From the human T2T-CHM13v2.0 reference genome, Homo sapiens, in assembly GCF_009914755.1 (NCBI RefSeq), contig NC_060930.1: a DNA stretch of 64,000 nucleotides; one strand, 5' to 3'. Every line of letters starts with the position of its first letter. The first letter of the stretch is position 1. The notes below the pieces were generated by a model. It was not told the origin of the DNA, did no database searches, and saw only the letters and a program-made list of their open reading frames with translations. This document shows positions 40,901 to 54,990 of this stretch, one piece after another. The position numbers and the translations under genes are program-made.

Positions 40901-42384
40901 GGTTTGCTAGTATTTTGTTGAGGATATTTGCATCAGTGTTCATCAAGCATATTGGCCCGGACTTTCCTTTTTTTGTTTTGCCTCTGACAGGTTTTGGTAG
41001 CAGGATGATGTTGGCCTTATAGAATGAATTGAAGAGAAGTCCTTCTTACTCAATTTTTTGGAAGAGTTTCAATGGGAATGATACCAGCTCTTCATTGTAC
41101 ATCTGGTAGAATTTGGGTGTGACTCTTTCAGGTACTAGGCTTTTTGTGGTTGGTAGGCTATTTATTACTGATTCAATTTTGGAGGTCATTATTGATCTCT
41201 TCAGGAATTCAGTTTTTTACTGATTCAGACTTGGGAGAGCAAATGTGTCCAGATATTTATCCTTTAATTTTAGATTTTCTATTTTGTGGGCATAGAGGTG
41301 TTCATAGTACTCTCTGATGGATATTTGTATTTTGGGGGGCCAGTATCCTCTTTATCATTTCTGAATCTAATTATTTGGATCTTCTTTCTTTTATTAGTCT
41401 AGCTAGTGGCTTATTAATTACATTAATTTTTTCAAAAAGCCCAACTCCTGGCTTCATTGATCTTTTGAATGTTTTTTCATGTCTCTATCTCCTTCTGTTC
41501 AGCTATGATTTTGGTTATTTCTATGTTCTGCTAGCTTTGGGGTTGATTTGCTCTTGCCTCTCTAGTTCTTTTAGTTGTAATATTAGGTTACGAATTTGAG
41601 ATTTTTCTAATTTTTGGATGATATTTAGTGCTATAAATTTCCCTCTTATCACTGCCTTAGCTGTGTCCTAGAGATTCTGGTATGTTGTATTATTGTTCTG
41701 ATTAATTTCAAAGAACTTCTTGATTTCTGCCTCAATTTCATTATTTACCCCAAAATCATTCAAGAGCATGTTGTTTAATTTCTATGTAATTTTATGGTTT
41801 TGAGTGATTCTCTTAGTCTTAAATTTTACTTTTGCTGTGCTATGGTCTGTGACAATGGTGGGCGTGATTTTCATACTTTTCCATTTGCTGAGGATTGTTT
41901 TATGCTCAATATGTGCCAGATTTTAGAGTATGTGTCATGTGCAGATGATAATAATGTATATTCCATTGTATTCGGTGGACAGTTCTGTAGTTGTCTATCA
42001 GATCCATTTGGTCCAGTGTTCAGTTCAGGTCCTGGGTATCTTTGTGAATTTTCTGCCTCAATGATTTGTTAGCACTGTTAGTGGAGTGTTGAAGACTCCC
42101 ATTACTGTTGTGTGAGAGTCTAAGTCTGTTTGAAGGTCTCTTAAGAACTTGTTTTATGAATCTGGGTGCTTCTGTGTTAGGTGCATAGTTATTTAGGATA
42201 GTTTGGTCATCTTGTTGAATTGAATCCTTTACCATTATGTAATTCCCTTCTTTTCTTTTTTTGATATTTGTTAAAGTCTGTGCTGTCTAAAATTACGATT
42301 GCATCCCCTGCTTTTTTCTGTTTTCCATTTTCTTGGTAGATTTTTCTCCACTCCTTTATTTTGATACTATCAATGTCATTGCAT
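40901..42384 (-). mobile_element. Inverted 5' segment of an L1PA13-16-like LINE-1 (ORF2 EN to start of RT)
   Basis: Antisense ORF2; ORF-track peptides WRKIYQENGKQKKAG and LNNYAPNTEAPRFIKQVL are endonuclease-domain sequence. Confidence 0.92.
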
Positions 42385-44340
<1,956 letters not shown>

Positions 44341-45310
44341 TTAATAGTATTAGGTATGTGACTTTCTGAACTTATAAGAAAACTTCCGATAAAATGTTAA
44401 TCCATGCTATTTTTTCCTTTAAGATTAATCAGTGGTACCTTTATAATACTTGTAAAATATTTAATTTTCTCCCTATGTAACTAATTATTAGTTTTGGTCT
44501 TTATAATTGCATCGACTAATAATTGTTTTTAATGTCCCTCTTTAACTCTGGTCATTCTTCCTGAGCAGACGTATCAAATTTCAAGAGAAAAAATATTTTT
44601 GCAGTATCAACATTTAAAATACATTAATTTTTACTCATTTAAATAGCCATATAACCTTTATAAAATTTTATTTTTTAACTTTGGTCATGTACTCATTGGC
44701 TGAAAAATTTCAAGCTGAGAGGAGCAAATAATTTGGAGGCAGATGACAGGTCTTTGAACTCTAGGGGTCTATAGCCCCATGATTCTGCCATTAGTTGTGA
44801 CTTTTTTTGGACACTATGCCTTACAACTTCTGAATCATGGTCACCTAAGAACATCTTATGTTGGCAGAGAGTGCTCTTTTGCACTTCCCCTCCCTTATTC
44901 TAGTTCCAAATTCTTCTAATATTAAAAAAATTCAAAGTAACAATTTGACAAAGAGATTGTCCACATCCATGACCTCCCCTTTTATGAAGCAAAAGATGCT
45001 TTCTGCCCCATAGACGTGTTAGTTTGTGGTATTTCACATATATCATGGAGACACTATTGAATATATATTTGATAGGTTTTAGCACCTTCTCTTCTCAGTT
45101 TGGGCTAGAGTTAATAAAATTTCTATGTAGAAAATGAGCTGCTTTTAGTAAATGAAAAGCCATAAAAGCCTAGAAGTTATAAAAGAGAATCATTCTATAA
45201 AAAATAAAAGACATAACTAAAGGCTAAGCAATTCATCTTGGCTTACTTCGTGTTGAACCATCAGGCAGTACTCTGACTCTCTATTTTATTTTTCCAAAAC
45301 TGAGTACTTT

Positions 45311-46008
45311 TGTGCCTGGAATTGGTGGGTTGTTGGTCTTGCTGACTTCAAGAATGAAGCCACAGACCCTCAAGGTGAGTGTTACAGTTCTTAAAGATAG
45401 TGTGTTAGAGTTTGTTCCTTCTGATGTTCAGACATGTCCAGAGTTTATTCCTTCTGATGGGTTCATGGTCTCACTGACTTCAGGAGTGAACCTGCAGTCC
45501 TTTGCAGTGAGTGTTACAGATCTCAAAGATGGCGTGTCCAGAATTTTTCATTCCTCCCAGTGGGTTCGTGGTCTCACTGGCTTCAGGAGTGAAGCTGCAG
45601 ACCTTCACAGTGAGTGTTACATCATATAGGTGGTACGGACCCAAAGAGTGACCAGCAGCAAGATTTATTGCAAAGCATGAAAGACCAAAGCCTCTACACT
45701 GTGGAAGGGAACCTGAGCGAGTTGCCCTGCTGGCTCTGGTGGCCTGCTTTTATTCCTTTACCTGGCCCCACCCACATCCTGCTGATTGGTTCATTTTACA
45801 GAGAGTTGATTGGTCCATTTTACGGAAAGCTGATTGTCCGTTTTGACAGAGTGCTGATTGGTCTGTTTTGACAGAGTGCTGATTGGTGCATTTAAAAACC
45901 TTTAGCTAGACACAGAGTGCTGTTTGGTGCGTTTAAAATCCTTTAGCTAGATGGAAAAGTTCTCCAAGTCCCCACCCTTCCCAGAAGCCCAGCTGGCTTC
46001 ACCTCTCA
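45311..46008 (-). mobile_element. LTR12-family (HERV9) solo LTR with 4-bp TSD
   Basis: Minus strand starts tgagaggtgaagccagctgggcttctggg; tandem gctgattgg repeats; three gtgagtgttaca U5-type repeats; TSD cttt at 45307-45310 and 46009-46012. Confidence 0.93.
45745..45930 (-). promoter_or_regulatory. LTR12 U3 CCAAT-box array and AATAAA-type core promoter (putative)
   Basis: Four intact ATTGG (CCAAT on minus) plus two degenerate copies between 45781 and 45930; ttttatt at about 45747-45753. Activity is inferred from LTR12 biology, not shown here. Confidence 0.55.
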
Positions 46009-46873
46009 CTTTTACATTCAAATTCTTTCTCTTCATTCAGTATCATTTGATTATATACACATTCCTTAGCTCCTACATTTATCTTTGGAAAAAAACTTTG
46101 CACTGTCTATTGAAAAAAAAAAGCAATTAAAAGGTCTATTAAAAATTCCCCACTGTTGATTCTGTGATGATCTCAAACCAAGGAATATAACAGAAATGAG
46201 TAAAAATCTGACATCAACTGTTGATGCAATATATTCTCAACATCAACTCTTTATTACTTCACATTTATTTTTGGTGGAGAAAGTAACCTTGGCTTGAGTA
46301 TTCTTAGAGCTGACATTTTTATTTCCTCTTTCTCAACTCTATCCATAGCATCCACTTCACTCCACTTCACATCAAATTTAACTTCCATCTATATTTCAGA
46401 GAAAAGTAGACAGGCTGTCATGGGATACTAAATTAAGCAGAAAATTAGGATACATTTCATCTAGAAAAAAAGTATGGATATTGAGACTTCTCACTGGGAA
46501 CTCACCAGACTTAGTGACAACTCTGTGCCCTTCCATATACCTAAGTGGAGAACGGTCCTATGGAGAAGAAACAGAGATTAATTATATTGGAGGAAGTGGA
46601 ACACCAAGATTGGCATGAGGGTTCTGAACATTCAAAGCAATTCCATGCTTGTAACATATGCAAGGCATGAGTTGACTTCCAAAGGCCCATATTATGTCAG
46701 GATGACACTTACTAAATGTACAAGTAATTGAAGTGTAATCAGGAGAGTATGACTAAAAAGAAGGCCTTCCTGATTATAGACTTGGACCATGATAATGGCA
46801 GACTCTAAATAAGCTGTAATGTCACTCCTTCTTGATACCTCTCTGTGGTCAGAGATGTGAATGTTCGCAAGAA

Positions 46874-46931
46874 TAACAAACCTGCACGTTCTGCACATGT
46901 ATCCCAGAAATTAAAGTATTTTTTTTAAAAA
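46874..46931 (+). mobile_element. Very short L1PA (PA7-10-like) 3' terminal stub
   Basis: taacaaacctgcacgttctgcacatgtatcccagaaattaaagta is the L1PA 3' terminus. Confidence 0.85.
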
Positions 46932-47485
46932 GAAAGAAAATGTGGTACTTATATAAAATGGAGTACCATTCATCCCTAAAAAGGAATGGGATTCTTTCAT
47001 TTGCAACAACGTGGTTGGAACTGGAGGTCATTCTATTAAGTGAAATAAACCAGGCACAGAAAGAAAAGATTGCATGCTCTCACTTATGTGTGGGATTTAA
47101 AAATCAAAACAATTGAACACATGGAGAAAGAGAGTAGAAGGATGGTTACTAGATGCTGGGAAGAGTAGTGGGGGGTTGAGGGGAGGTGGGGATGTTTAAT
47201 AGGTTAAAAAAATAGTTAGAATGAATAATACCTAGTACTTGAGAGCATAACAGGGTGACTCTAGTAAAAATAATTTAATTGCCCAATTTAAAATAACGAA
47301 AATATTTTAACTGAATGTTTTGTAACGCTGAGGATAAATGCATGAGGAGATTGATACCCCATTTTCTATGTTGCAATTATTATGCATGGGGTGCCTATAC
47401 GAAAATATGTCATGCATCTCAAAAATATACATAACTACTATGTACCCACGAAAATAAAAAATAAAAAATTTAAAAACAAACAAAA
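46932..47485 (+). mobile_element. L1MA2/3-like 3' UTR fragment with A tail
   Basis: aagaaaatgtggtac...aaaatcaaaacaattgaacacatggag...ctactatgtacccacgaaaataaaaaataaaa. Confidence 0.88.
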
Positions 47486-47908
47486 AAGAATAACGTGGAG
47501 CAGGAGACAATGATTCTGGCAGCAGAGGACAAAATATAGCTTATGAAAACCAAACGTCAAAGCCTTGAGAAGATGATGCTGATCGAGAATCCACATCAGA
47601 ATAAGATGAGCTGCAGTCTACGTGGGAGTGGTGCTCAGAGAAGTCTGACACAAACAAATGACTCCTCTGGGTGCTGTAACTAATAATGAGAAAGAAACAC
47701 CTTGAAAATTGGGAAGATATGGGAATTGTGATGGTTTATGCAACAGTACTGAACTGAGTGAGGATTATTAAACTTTGCTTGTTCCCTTGTCCATTTATAA
47801 GGATTTATTTGTATTCATGTGTCTGACGTATTTCCGAATTTAGTGATATGCAACAGAGGGATTACTTTTTGAAGGGAGGAGGGTGGGTGGAGGCCTGGAT
47901 CTGAAAAA

Positions 47909-48048
47909 AATATATATATTTAATATTATATAGTATATATATTTATATGTATATATATCATGCAGTAATACATATTATATGTATATATAAATATATATAT
48001 TTTATGTCTGTGTATATATATATATATATATATCATGCAGTAATACAT
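47909..48048. repeat. (TA)-rich low-complexity tract with a duplicated 23-mer
   Basis: atatatatcatgcagtaatacat at 47951-47973 and 48026-48048 among TA runs. Confidence 0.85.
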
Positions 48049-48203
48049 TGAATTATCTTCATTTTATTTTCTCTTTTCACTGATTACTCAGAAAACCAGC
48101 TTTTGCAATACCTTAACTCAGGTAAAATTTTTGGAGTGGTACAATGACACAAGAGGAGGTTTGTAATTCTTTTTGTATTTTGTAAAAACAAAAATCATAT
48201 AAA

Positions 48204-48846
48204 GAGAAGATTCTTAACTTGGTGCCTACAGATGAGAATTTAGGGGTTCTGTGAACATCATTTTGTAAATCTTAATTTTTTCCCACTTATCCCTGACTAC
48301 TATTTAGCATTTATATCCATTGTGAATGTAGAAACAAATCTAAACAGTACTAGCAGTATTTGGGACTTTATTACCAATTTAAATTACATTGACCTGAAAA
48401 TAATCTTGATGATTGTTACTACTTCAGAATCATCAGATTTACTAGCTCTATCTCTATATCAATCATATTCATTAATGTGTTTGTGGAAGTGCTCAGATTA
48501 TATCGTACACAAGTATGTTTATAATATTTTGATAATGCATTTCAATATAATTGGCCTTTTTGTTTCTGAGAATGTATTTATAGCATTCTGAGATGGTATC
48601 CATTTGTGTATATATATGATATTATATATAATGATCTAGATATCATATCATTAGAAATATATATATATCATTGATAGATCTATATATATAGATCTATCAA
48701 TGATATATATATATTTCTAATGATATGATATCTAGATCATTATATATAATATCATATATATACACAAATATATATATAATGATATATATATATCATTAGA
48801 ATGCCAAAGGAGTCTATAGCAGGCACACAAAAGGCCAAAAACCCTG
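48204..48846 (+). mobile_element. MER113-like hAT-Charlie element hosting the palindrome
   Basis: ttcttaacttggtg start; tttcaatataattggcctt, attctgagatggtatccat ... agaatgccaaaggagtctat...cacaaaaggccaaaaaccctg end match recalled MER113. Confidence 0.72.
48602..48769. repeat. Perfect 168-bp AT-rich palindrome (84-bp arms, no spacer)
   Basis: Checked block by block: position i pairs with 97371-i without mismatch; centre between 48685 and 48686; 13 G+C per 84-bp arm. Confidence 0.97.
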
Positions 48847-50943
48847 ACTTGAAGGATATTCTGAAGTGTTAATGTTCTTTAGAGAACACTTGGACAGGGA
48901 ATACAGAAGACAATGAGTTCTGTAAGCACTAGAAGCCTAGGCAGTGTCTTGGGAGATTCCAAGTTCTCAAAGGGTAATGGCTTAATTTCACACACAGGTA
49001 AAATGTATTCTAGGTACTAAATGTCCCAGATTCACTACAGAGTATTATGTCCCACGAATGACCCCAAATTAACACAGGGCCACTGCATCTCAAAGAACGT
49101 ATGAGGCAAAAGAATGGCAATGTGAGGTAACACTAGAGTGGGACAATGAGACATGACCACTGCATTTCCCCAGCAGCTTCACAACTTCATTAAGGACAAA
49201 ACCTTGCCGTAGCCCTGGTATCACAATATCTAAAAAATCTGAGTTTAAAGTAGCAATTATTTTGGTGCATTGGAAGCACAAATAAGACATATGTTTATTT
49301 AAACAAAAATCGTACAAAATTTGTTATCATGCTATATTTGGAAACTGAGGAACAGAATTATTACATTTAATATCTCTAAAGAGGAATCTGGACATTCTGT
49401 GCCATAAGCATATCACTATCTCACTCTGTCTATAAATTTTATCACTCATTAAAAGTTTATTAATTCAACAAAATATAAGACTTTGTTTATAACACGGAAG
49501 TTTTAAGTCTTGCTCAGTTTTTGTATGTGTGTGTGTGTGTGTGAACATGCACTTATATTATGTGAACAATTCATTCCTAATATTAGAAGATACATGTTGG
49601 TCAAAATTTAAGCTCTATCTATTGGCCTTGTGGACGATTAAGAAATTCTCTGGCTCTTTCATTTTCTTTACCCTGCAGGAAATACATGTTTTCTTTTCCC
49701 ATCTGTGGTCATTCTCTACTGTGCAATAAATAAAAATCAAGAGGCTCATTGGTTCACCTCCCTCAGGTTCTTTGAATTGCTTTCCTAAAGCTATTATTAC
49801 ACTAAAGCACATAAATACTAGTATATCTACTCAGAATTTGCTCTGAGCTCTTGCAGTGAACAGATACTGAGTAAGGCCTTAATATTTCAACCATCTGTTT
49901 TCCTTCCACAGTAAAAGTTAATAAGAAATGTAATCTGATTTTTAGCTTATTTTCTTTTCTGGCTTAAACATTTTTTATTTCTCAAAAATTGTGGGTACTG
50001 AAAATTTTTCCAATGTAAGTGAAAACTGCTAAGTATCAACACAATTAGCAAGAAAGAGTATGGGAAGTTTTGCTAACTGTGAACTCTGCCAAGTACAATA
50101 TTCATTGTTGCTCATTGTTAGATACATTACCAGTGCATATTTTAATCAAGTATGACCAATCTCTTTTTTTCTTAGAAAGTATATTTTTAAAAACTGATTT
50201 TATTCTTGGGGCAAATTTTCCTCATTAGTGGAGGGTTACCTACCACGAGCACTTTGCATGAGACCATTGTCCTCACTATCTTACTTTTTTCCTATGATCA
50301 GTTTGCTTTACGTTTTATCCTGAGAGTGAAATATTTGACTGATTGCATAATTAGACAACAGAACCTGTAATAACATTTGATTAACATTTTTGAATATGCT
50401 ACCACGTTTTGCATGTGATTACCAGATTCATCTGCCAAATATAAAGATCTACCTGAGACCTAGTCGTTAAGGAAATTTAGTGTATTTCACATCTTCTTAG
50501 CTTAGAGACTCTAGGTAACAGTAGTTGTGATACAAAGGGAAAAGTATTTTTGTTGTCTCATCTCATGAATCTGCTATTCCAAGAACACAGATTTTATTGT
50601 TATTTAAATTTATGTACTACTAAAGAGAGAGAGAAAAAAGGGTTGCTGGCTGGTAAATTTTGATGTGGTTCTAATAGAAGTAAAATGTAGCATATAAATT
50701 TATTTAAGATATATAAATAGACAAGCTCTGCTTCTTTTGGGAAACAACTGAAAATTCAAAGGAAATTAAATAGAAAGAATATTTAAATCTCACATCTCCT
50801 GGCATATACGGTAAAGCTTATAAAATTTTCTTTTATCAGAAAGTCTAGAGTTAAATCAATAAGTGCTCTTTTAATTTGTCAAGAGTCTTTCTCATTGACC
50901 TCAGTTATCTGCTTCATATCACCTTTTTCTTTATAAGAATATT

Positions 50944-51220
50944 GGCCGGGCGCAGTGGCTCACGCCTGTAATCCCAGCACTTTGGGAGGCCGAGGCAGAA
51001 AGATCATGAGGTCAGGAGTTCAAGGCCAGCCTGGCCAAGGTGGTGAAACCTCGTCTCTACTAAAAACACAAAAATTAGCCAGGCGTGGTGGTGGGCATCT
51101 ATAATCCCGGCTACTCGGGAGGCTGAGGCAGAGAATTGCTTGAACCCAGCAGGCGGAGGTTGCAGTGAGTCGAGATCGCGCCACTGCACTCCAGACTGGG
51201 CGACAGAGTGAGACTTGTGA
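50944..51220 (+). mobile_element. AluSg-like element lacking a poly-A tail
   Basis: gatcatgaggtcaggagttcaaggccagcctggccaagg; ends gagacttgtga; flanking repeat aagaatat at 50935-50942 and 51221-51228. Confidence 0.93.
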
Positions 51221-54200
51221 AAGAATATCTACAAATTTGACACATGAATTATTTATCTGTTTTTTCTTCTAAAATGTTCTTTGGCTTAATATGTTTCTGT
51301 TTTGTTTCTTTTTTTTTTTAATTTCCAAAGGCAGAACTCATGGGGTTTTATACATATAGACAATAGATTTAGCATATGATTTGGAAAAAGATTTATTAAT
51401 TACATAGACTTATTAATTGTAAAGGTGTCACAAATATAATGAAAATTTAATCCTGATTTCATCTGAACCATGTGGACATTATTTACTATACACTGTGCTA
51501 AATGAACTAAAAAATATGGTCTATTGTCCTTTCACTCTAATCCATGAGAATATGACTTACTATGCACTTATGTTAAATGAACCAAAAATGGATCTCTAGT
51601 CAAAATTGAACAGATTTCTGTCTATTCACTTCTTCTCTTTAATTGAGATTAAAAGTGAAACACAAACGTTCGGCCAAAGAAAGGACATCAAAGAAGCAAT
51701 GCATAGAATTAAAAACTAGTGAAGTTAAAATGGCCCCAGCCATATTCTTCTCAATGAAAACTCAATTTTTTTCATAATGTCTCAGAGCATTGTCCACTTC
51801 ATGAAGACTTTACCTCTAGAAAATCACAATCACCCCACAAAAAAGGCAAACACCAAATAAGAAAACAATAATCTCTACAGGCACTGTGTAGTCTGTCCTG
51901 CATGTTTTTAAGGACATACTTGATATCAGGAACACGGTCCTAGCCCTCTTGCTGCCTAAGTGGAGGGAGTGATCAGAGCAGATTTAGTAACAGAGGGACA
52001 GAGGTTCCACAATGGTGGTACACAGAAAGTATCAAGTAATAGGGTAGAATGGCAGATGGAGAGAGAGTGACAGGGATACCTGGGGGCTCTCTGAGTTTTC
52101 CAGAGAGAATGTAATTTTATGATATGCTTTGGCACATACATAAGAGATATTGAACACTGGCCTATGATGACATTTAAATATCTTTTCCAACATATAAATA
52201 TTATTTAGTAATTGGTAATGCATATTAATGAAATTTAAGAAAGATGTCTTAAAGCCACGAGAGTCAGGACCAAATTGTGGTTCACCAGTTAATTATTTTA
52301 GTAGTAGGTTATGTAACCATGTTGTACTGGAGACTGTATTTTTACTTACTTAAAACTACTTTTTCAGCTGAAATTTGTTGATAAAGTACAGTTACTTTTC
52401 AATTCTAAAGGACAAGAACAATAGACAACCACTCATTTCATTCACAAGAGCCAGACACAATCCACTGAGGACACATTCTAAGGATGATTTGGTTTAGTGG
52501 TTTCCTAGATAATTTGAAGGAACTCTGCCTAGTCTAGATAATTAATATATCCACAATGTAGACATAAATTGCAGGTATTTATCAAACACTTAGGGCCATA
52601 TGTGATTAAACTCACAAGCTTTGAGGGTACCGCAGTCCAAGTTTACATTTCTTATGGGAAGAGTTAAGGATAGTGGGAGAAAAGGAATGCTGTACTTCAA
52701 TGTTTGTCAGACAAACACGCAAACATCAAAAAAACTGTAATACACATTGATAAAACATCTTGCTTTAGATGTACAACAACAACCCAAATATTAACATGCA
52801 TATTTCTAACTATAGCAAAACATTTCTATTTAAATTTCCATTTTACATAGGTTAAGCATGGATAAAGAAAGTTAATTGATTCAGAAAAGCTTGTCTGATA
52901 TCATAAATGAAAGGATTGGTAATAAAATTATCTGAGCATAGTGCAATACCTTTAGTACTGAATGAGATATATCGTTCAAATTACATTTCGAAGTTACCAT
53001 AAATAATGATGCTTTGGGAAATTGAGGAAATTCTTACATGCTTTTCATATTAGATATTTTATATCTAGATTCTCCATCTACTGTCCTTCTGGAAACCAAT
53101 TACTAATATGTTTGAGAGACTTAGCTTCAAGAAGGCTGACTGCAGGTGCCCAGCACTGACGTTCTCCACAAAGAATTTCCAAAACTTCTTTGGAATTTAT
53201 CTAAGCAAGAAGATAATCACACAAGAAATAGGGTGTCTAAGAAACACTGCAATTCAGCAGGGAAGTGACAGGGACCTTCTGAGGTATGGAAGGAGAGGGA
53301 AGTAAAGCAGTGGCCTAATGGAGACTGGCTCAGAGCCAGGAGAAATTCCCCAGTGCAAGGAGAAGGTAAGGAAGAGATCCTTTTGCTTTTTCACTAATCC
53401 TCAGAGGTACACATTTCCACTAGAGACTCTTGCAATCCCAGCCATGGAAGAGCCCCTCACCTCTCATGAATCCTGAAACTAGGATAAAAATCTGCCTGGA
53501 ATTCATGCAATGGCATTGTTTCAGAGGTAGATCAAGCTGGGTCCCACACCTCTACCGAGACCCAAGCAGCTGCAGCACTGTGCCCTTTTGAGGGCCTATT
53601 CCCTAACAGACTATATTCTGCCCTGGACCCCAGTAGCCCCAGCCTCCTCATGTCCCTGGAGCCCCACTGACACCTCCCTACATCCTTCCAGCAGGCCACA
53701 GCATTGCAACACTGGCTGGATTCAGCAAAGCAGCTGGATCCCCATAGCTTTAGCCTAGGGATCAAATGAGCCTAGGGACACTGCCCCTGGGATTAAATGA
53801 GCCAAAATATGCCCTCTCCAGAGCCTGACTTGGACTGTTGCCACCGGTAACAACCACTATTTTCTCCCTCCCACCCAGCAGCAAGGACCCCATAAACAAC
53901 ACGTGCCTTCAAGGGTCCTCAATACCCACCCATTCAGGCACCTTTCTGTGTCCTGAAACAGGCCCTCCCTGCCTGCCATTGCTGGTGGCCATGTATGCCA
54001 TATGGGGAGCCAGAAGATTGACCCACTCCACCTCCCGCCATCACTGCTGCTGCCAGGAGTGCACCTTGTGGAGGCTTGGGGATTGATCCACTCTGCTGAC
54101 CATGGCAGGTGCTCATTTGCATCACCAGGGGGCTTGAGGATAGGCTTGCCCACCTTCTGCCACCACCATCCAGGAGACAAGGGATTAACCTGCCATGCCC

Positions 54201-54939
54201 CCTGCCAATGGCATTAGCATGCACCTGCAGTGGAGCCTGAAAATAGGTTCAACAATCCCTGTTGCTACTGGATTCCATGTGTATTATCTGGAACTCTGAG
54301 GATAGGTTCACCCTGCCCACCCTCAGAACTGCCAATGCCCTAGTGTGCCATCCAGGGGCCTGGTGATCAATCTGCCCTATGAACTGCAGCTGGTGCCCAT
54401 GCACACCATGAGAGAGTAGGGGCAGAGAACAGCCTGCTCACTCTGTAGCCTTTGCCAGTGGTGCTTATATCCATTGTCTGAGGGCTTAGGTATCAACTTG
54501 CCCTGTCCAGCACAGGAGATGCCTGTGAATGCCATCTGGGAGCCTGAGGACAAAACCATGCTGCCACCGGACACTCCTGCCAGTACCCAAGTGCCCCACC
54601 TGAGGGCCAGGAAATTGATCTGTCTGCACACGCCATCAGGCAAATGGAGAACAGGTCTGACTTGCCAATGCTGGCCCTGTCACTGCCGGCCCTGCCACTG
54701 CCCTAGCACATCATCCAGGGGAATGGGTATCAACCCATCCCATCTGCTGCCCCTACCCCCTGTGCACACCACTGGGGGATATGAGGGCAGGCCCTGCCCA
54801 CAGCTGCTGGCAGCTGTGCACCTAGCCTGTGGTACTGGGGACTGATCTGCCCCATCCACAACTGCAGCACCTGCACAGGCTTTTTGGGGAATAACCTCCA
54901 TTAACAACCACTGCCTAAGCCACTGAGGGATTCACAGAT

Positions 54940-54990
54940 TATAATATAATATAATATAATTAATATAATATAATATAATATAATATAATA
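54940..54990. repeat. (TATAA)n microsatellite
   Basis: About 10 units with one interruption. Confidence 0.9.

Noticed and set aside
45312-45871. Two consecutive ORFs (105 aa and 85 aa) resembling an operon
   Set aside because: Both lie wholly within the LTR12 repeat on its antisense strand.
47872-47894. Possible G-quadruplex (gggaggagggtgggtggagg)
   Set aside because: Only three full GGG runs; weak candidate.
53532-54907. Cluster of overlapping ORFs suggesting a GC-rich gene or CpG island
   Set aside because: Falls in an L1 5' UTR; CpG is depleted and the peptides show no recognisable domain.
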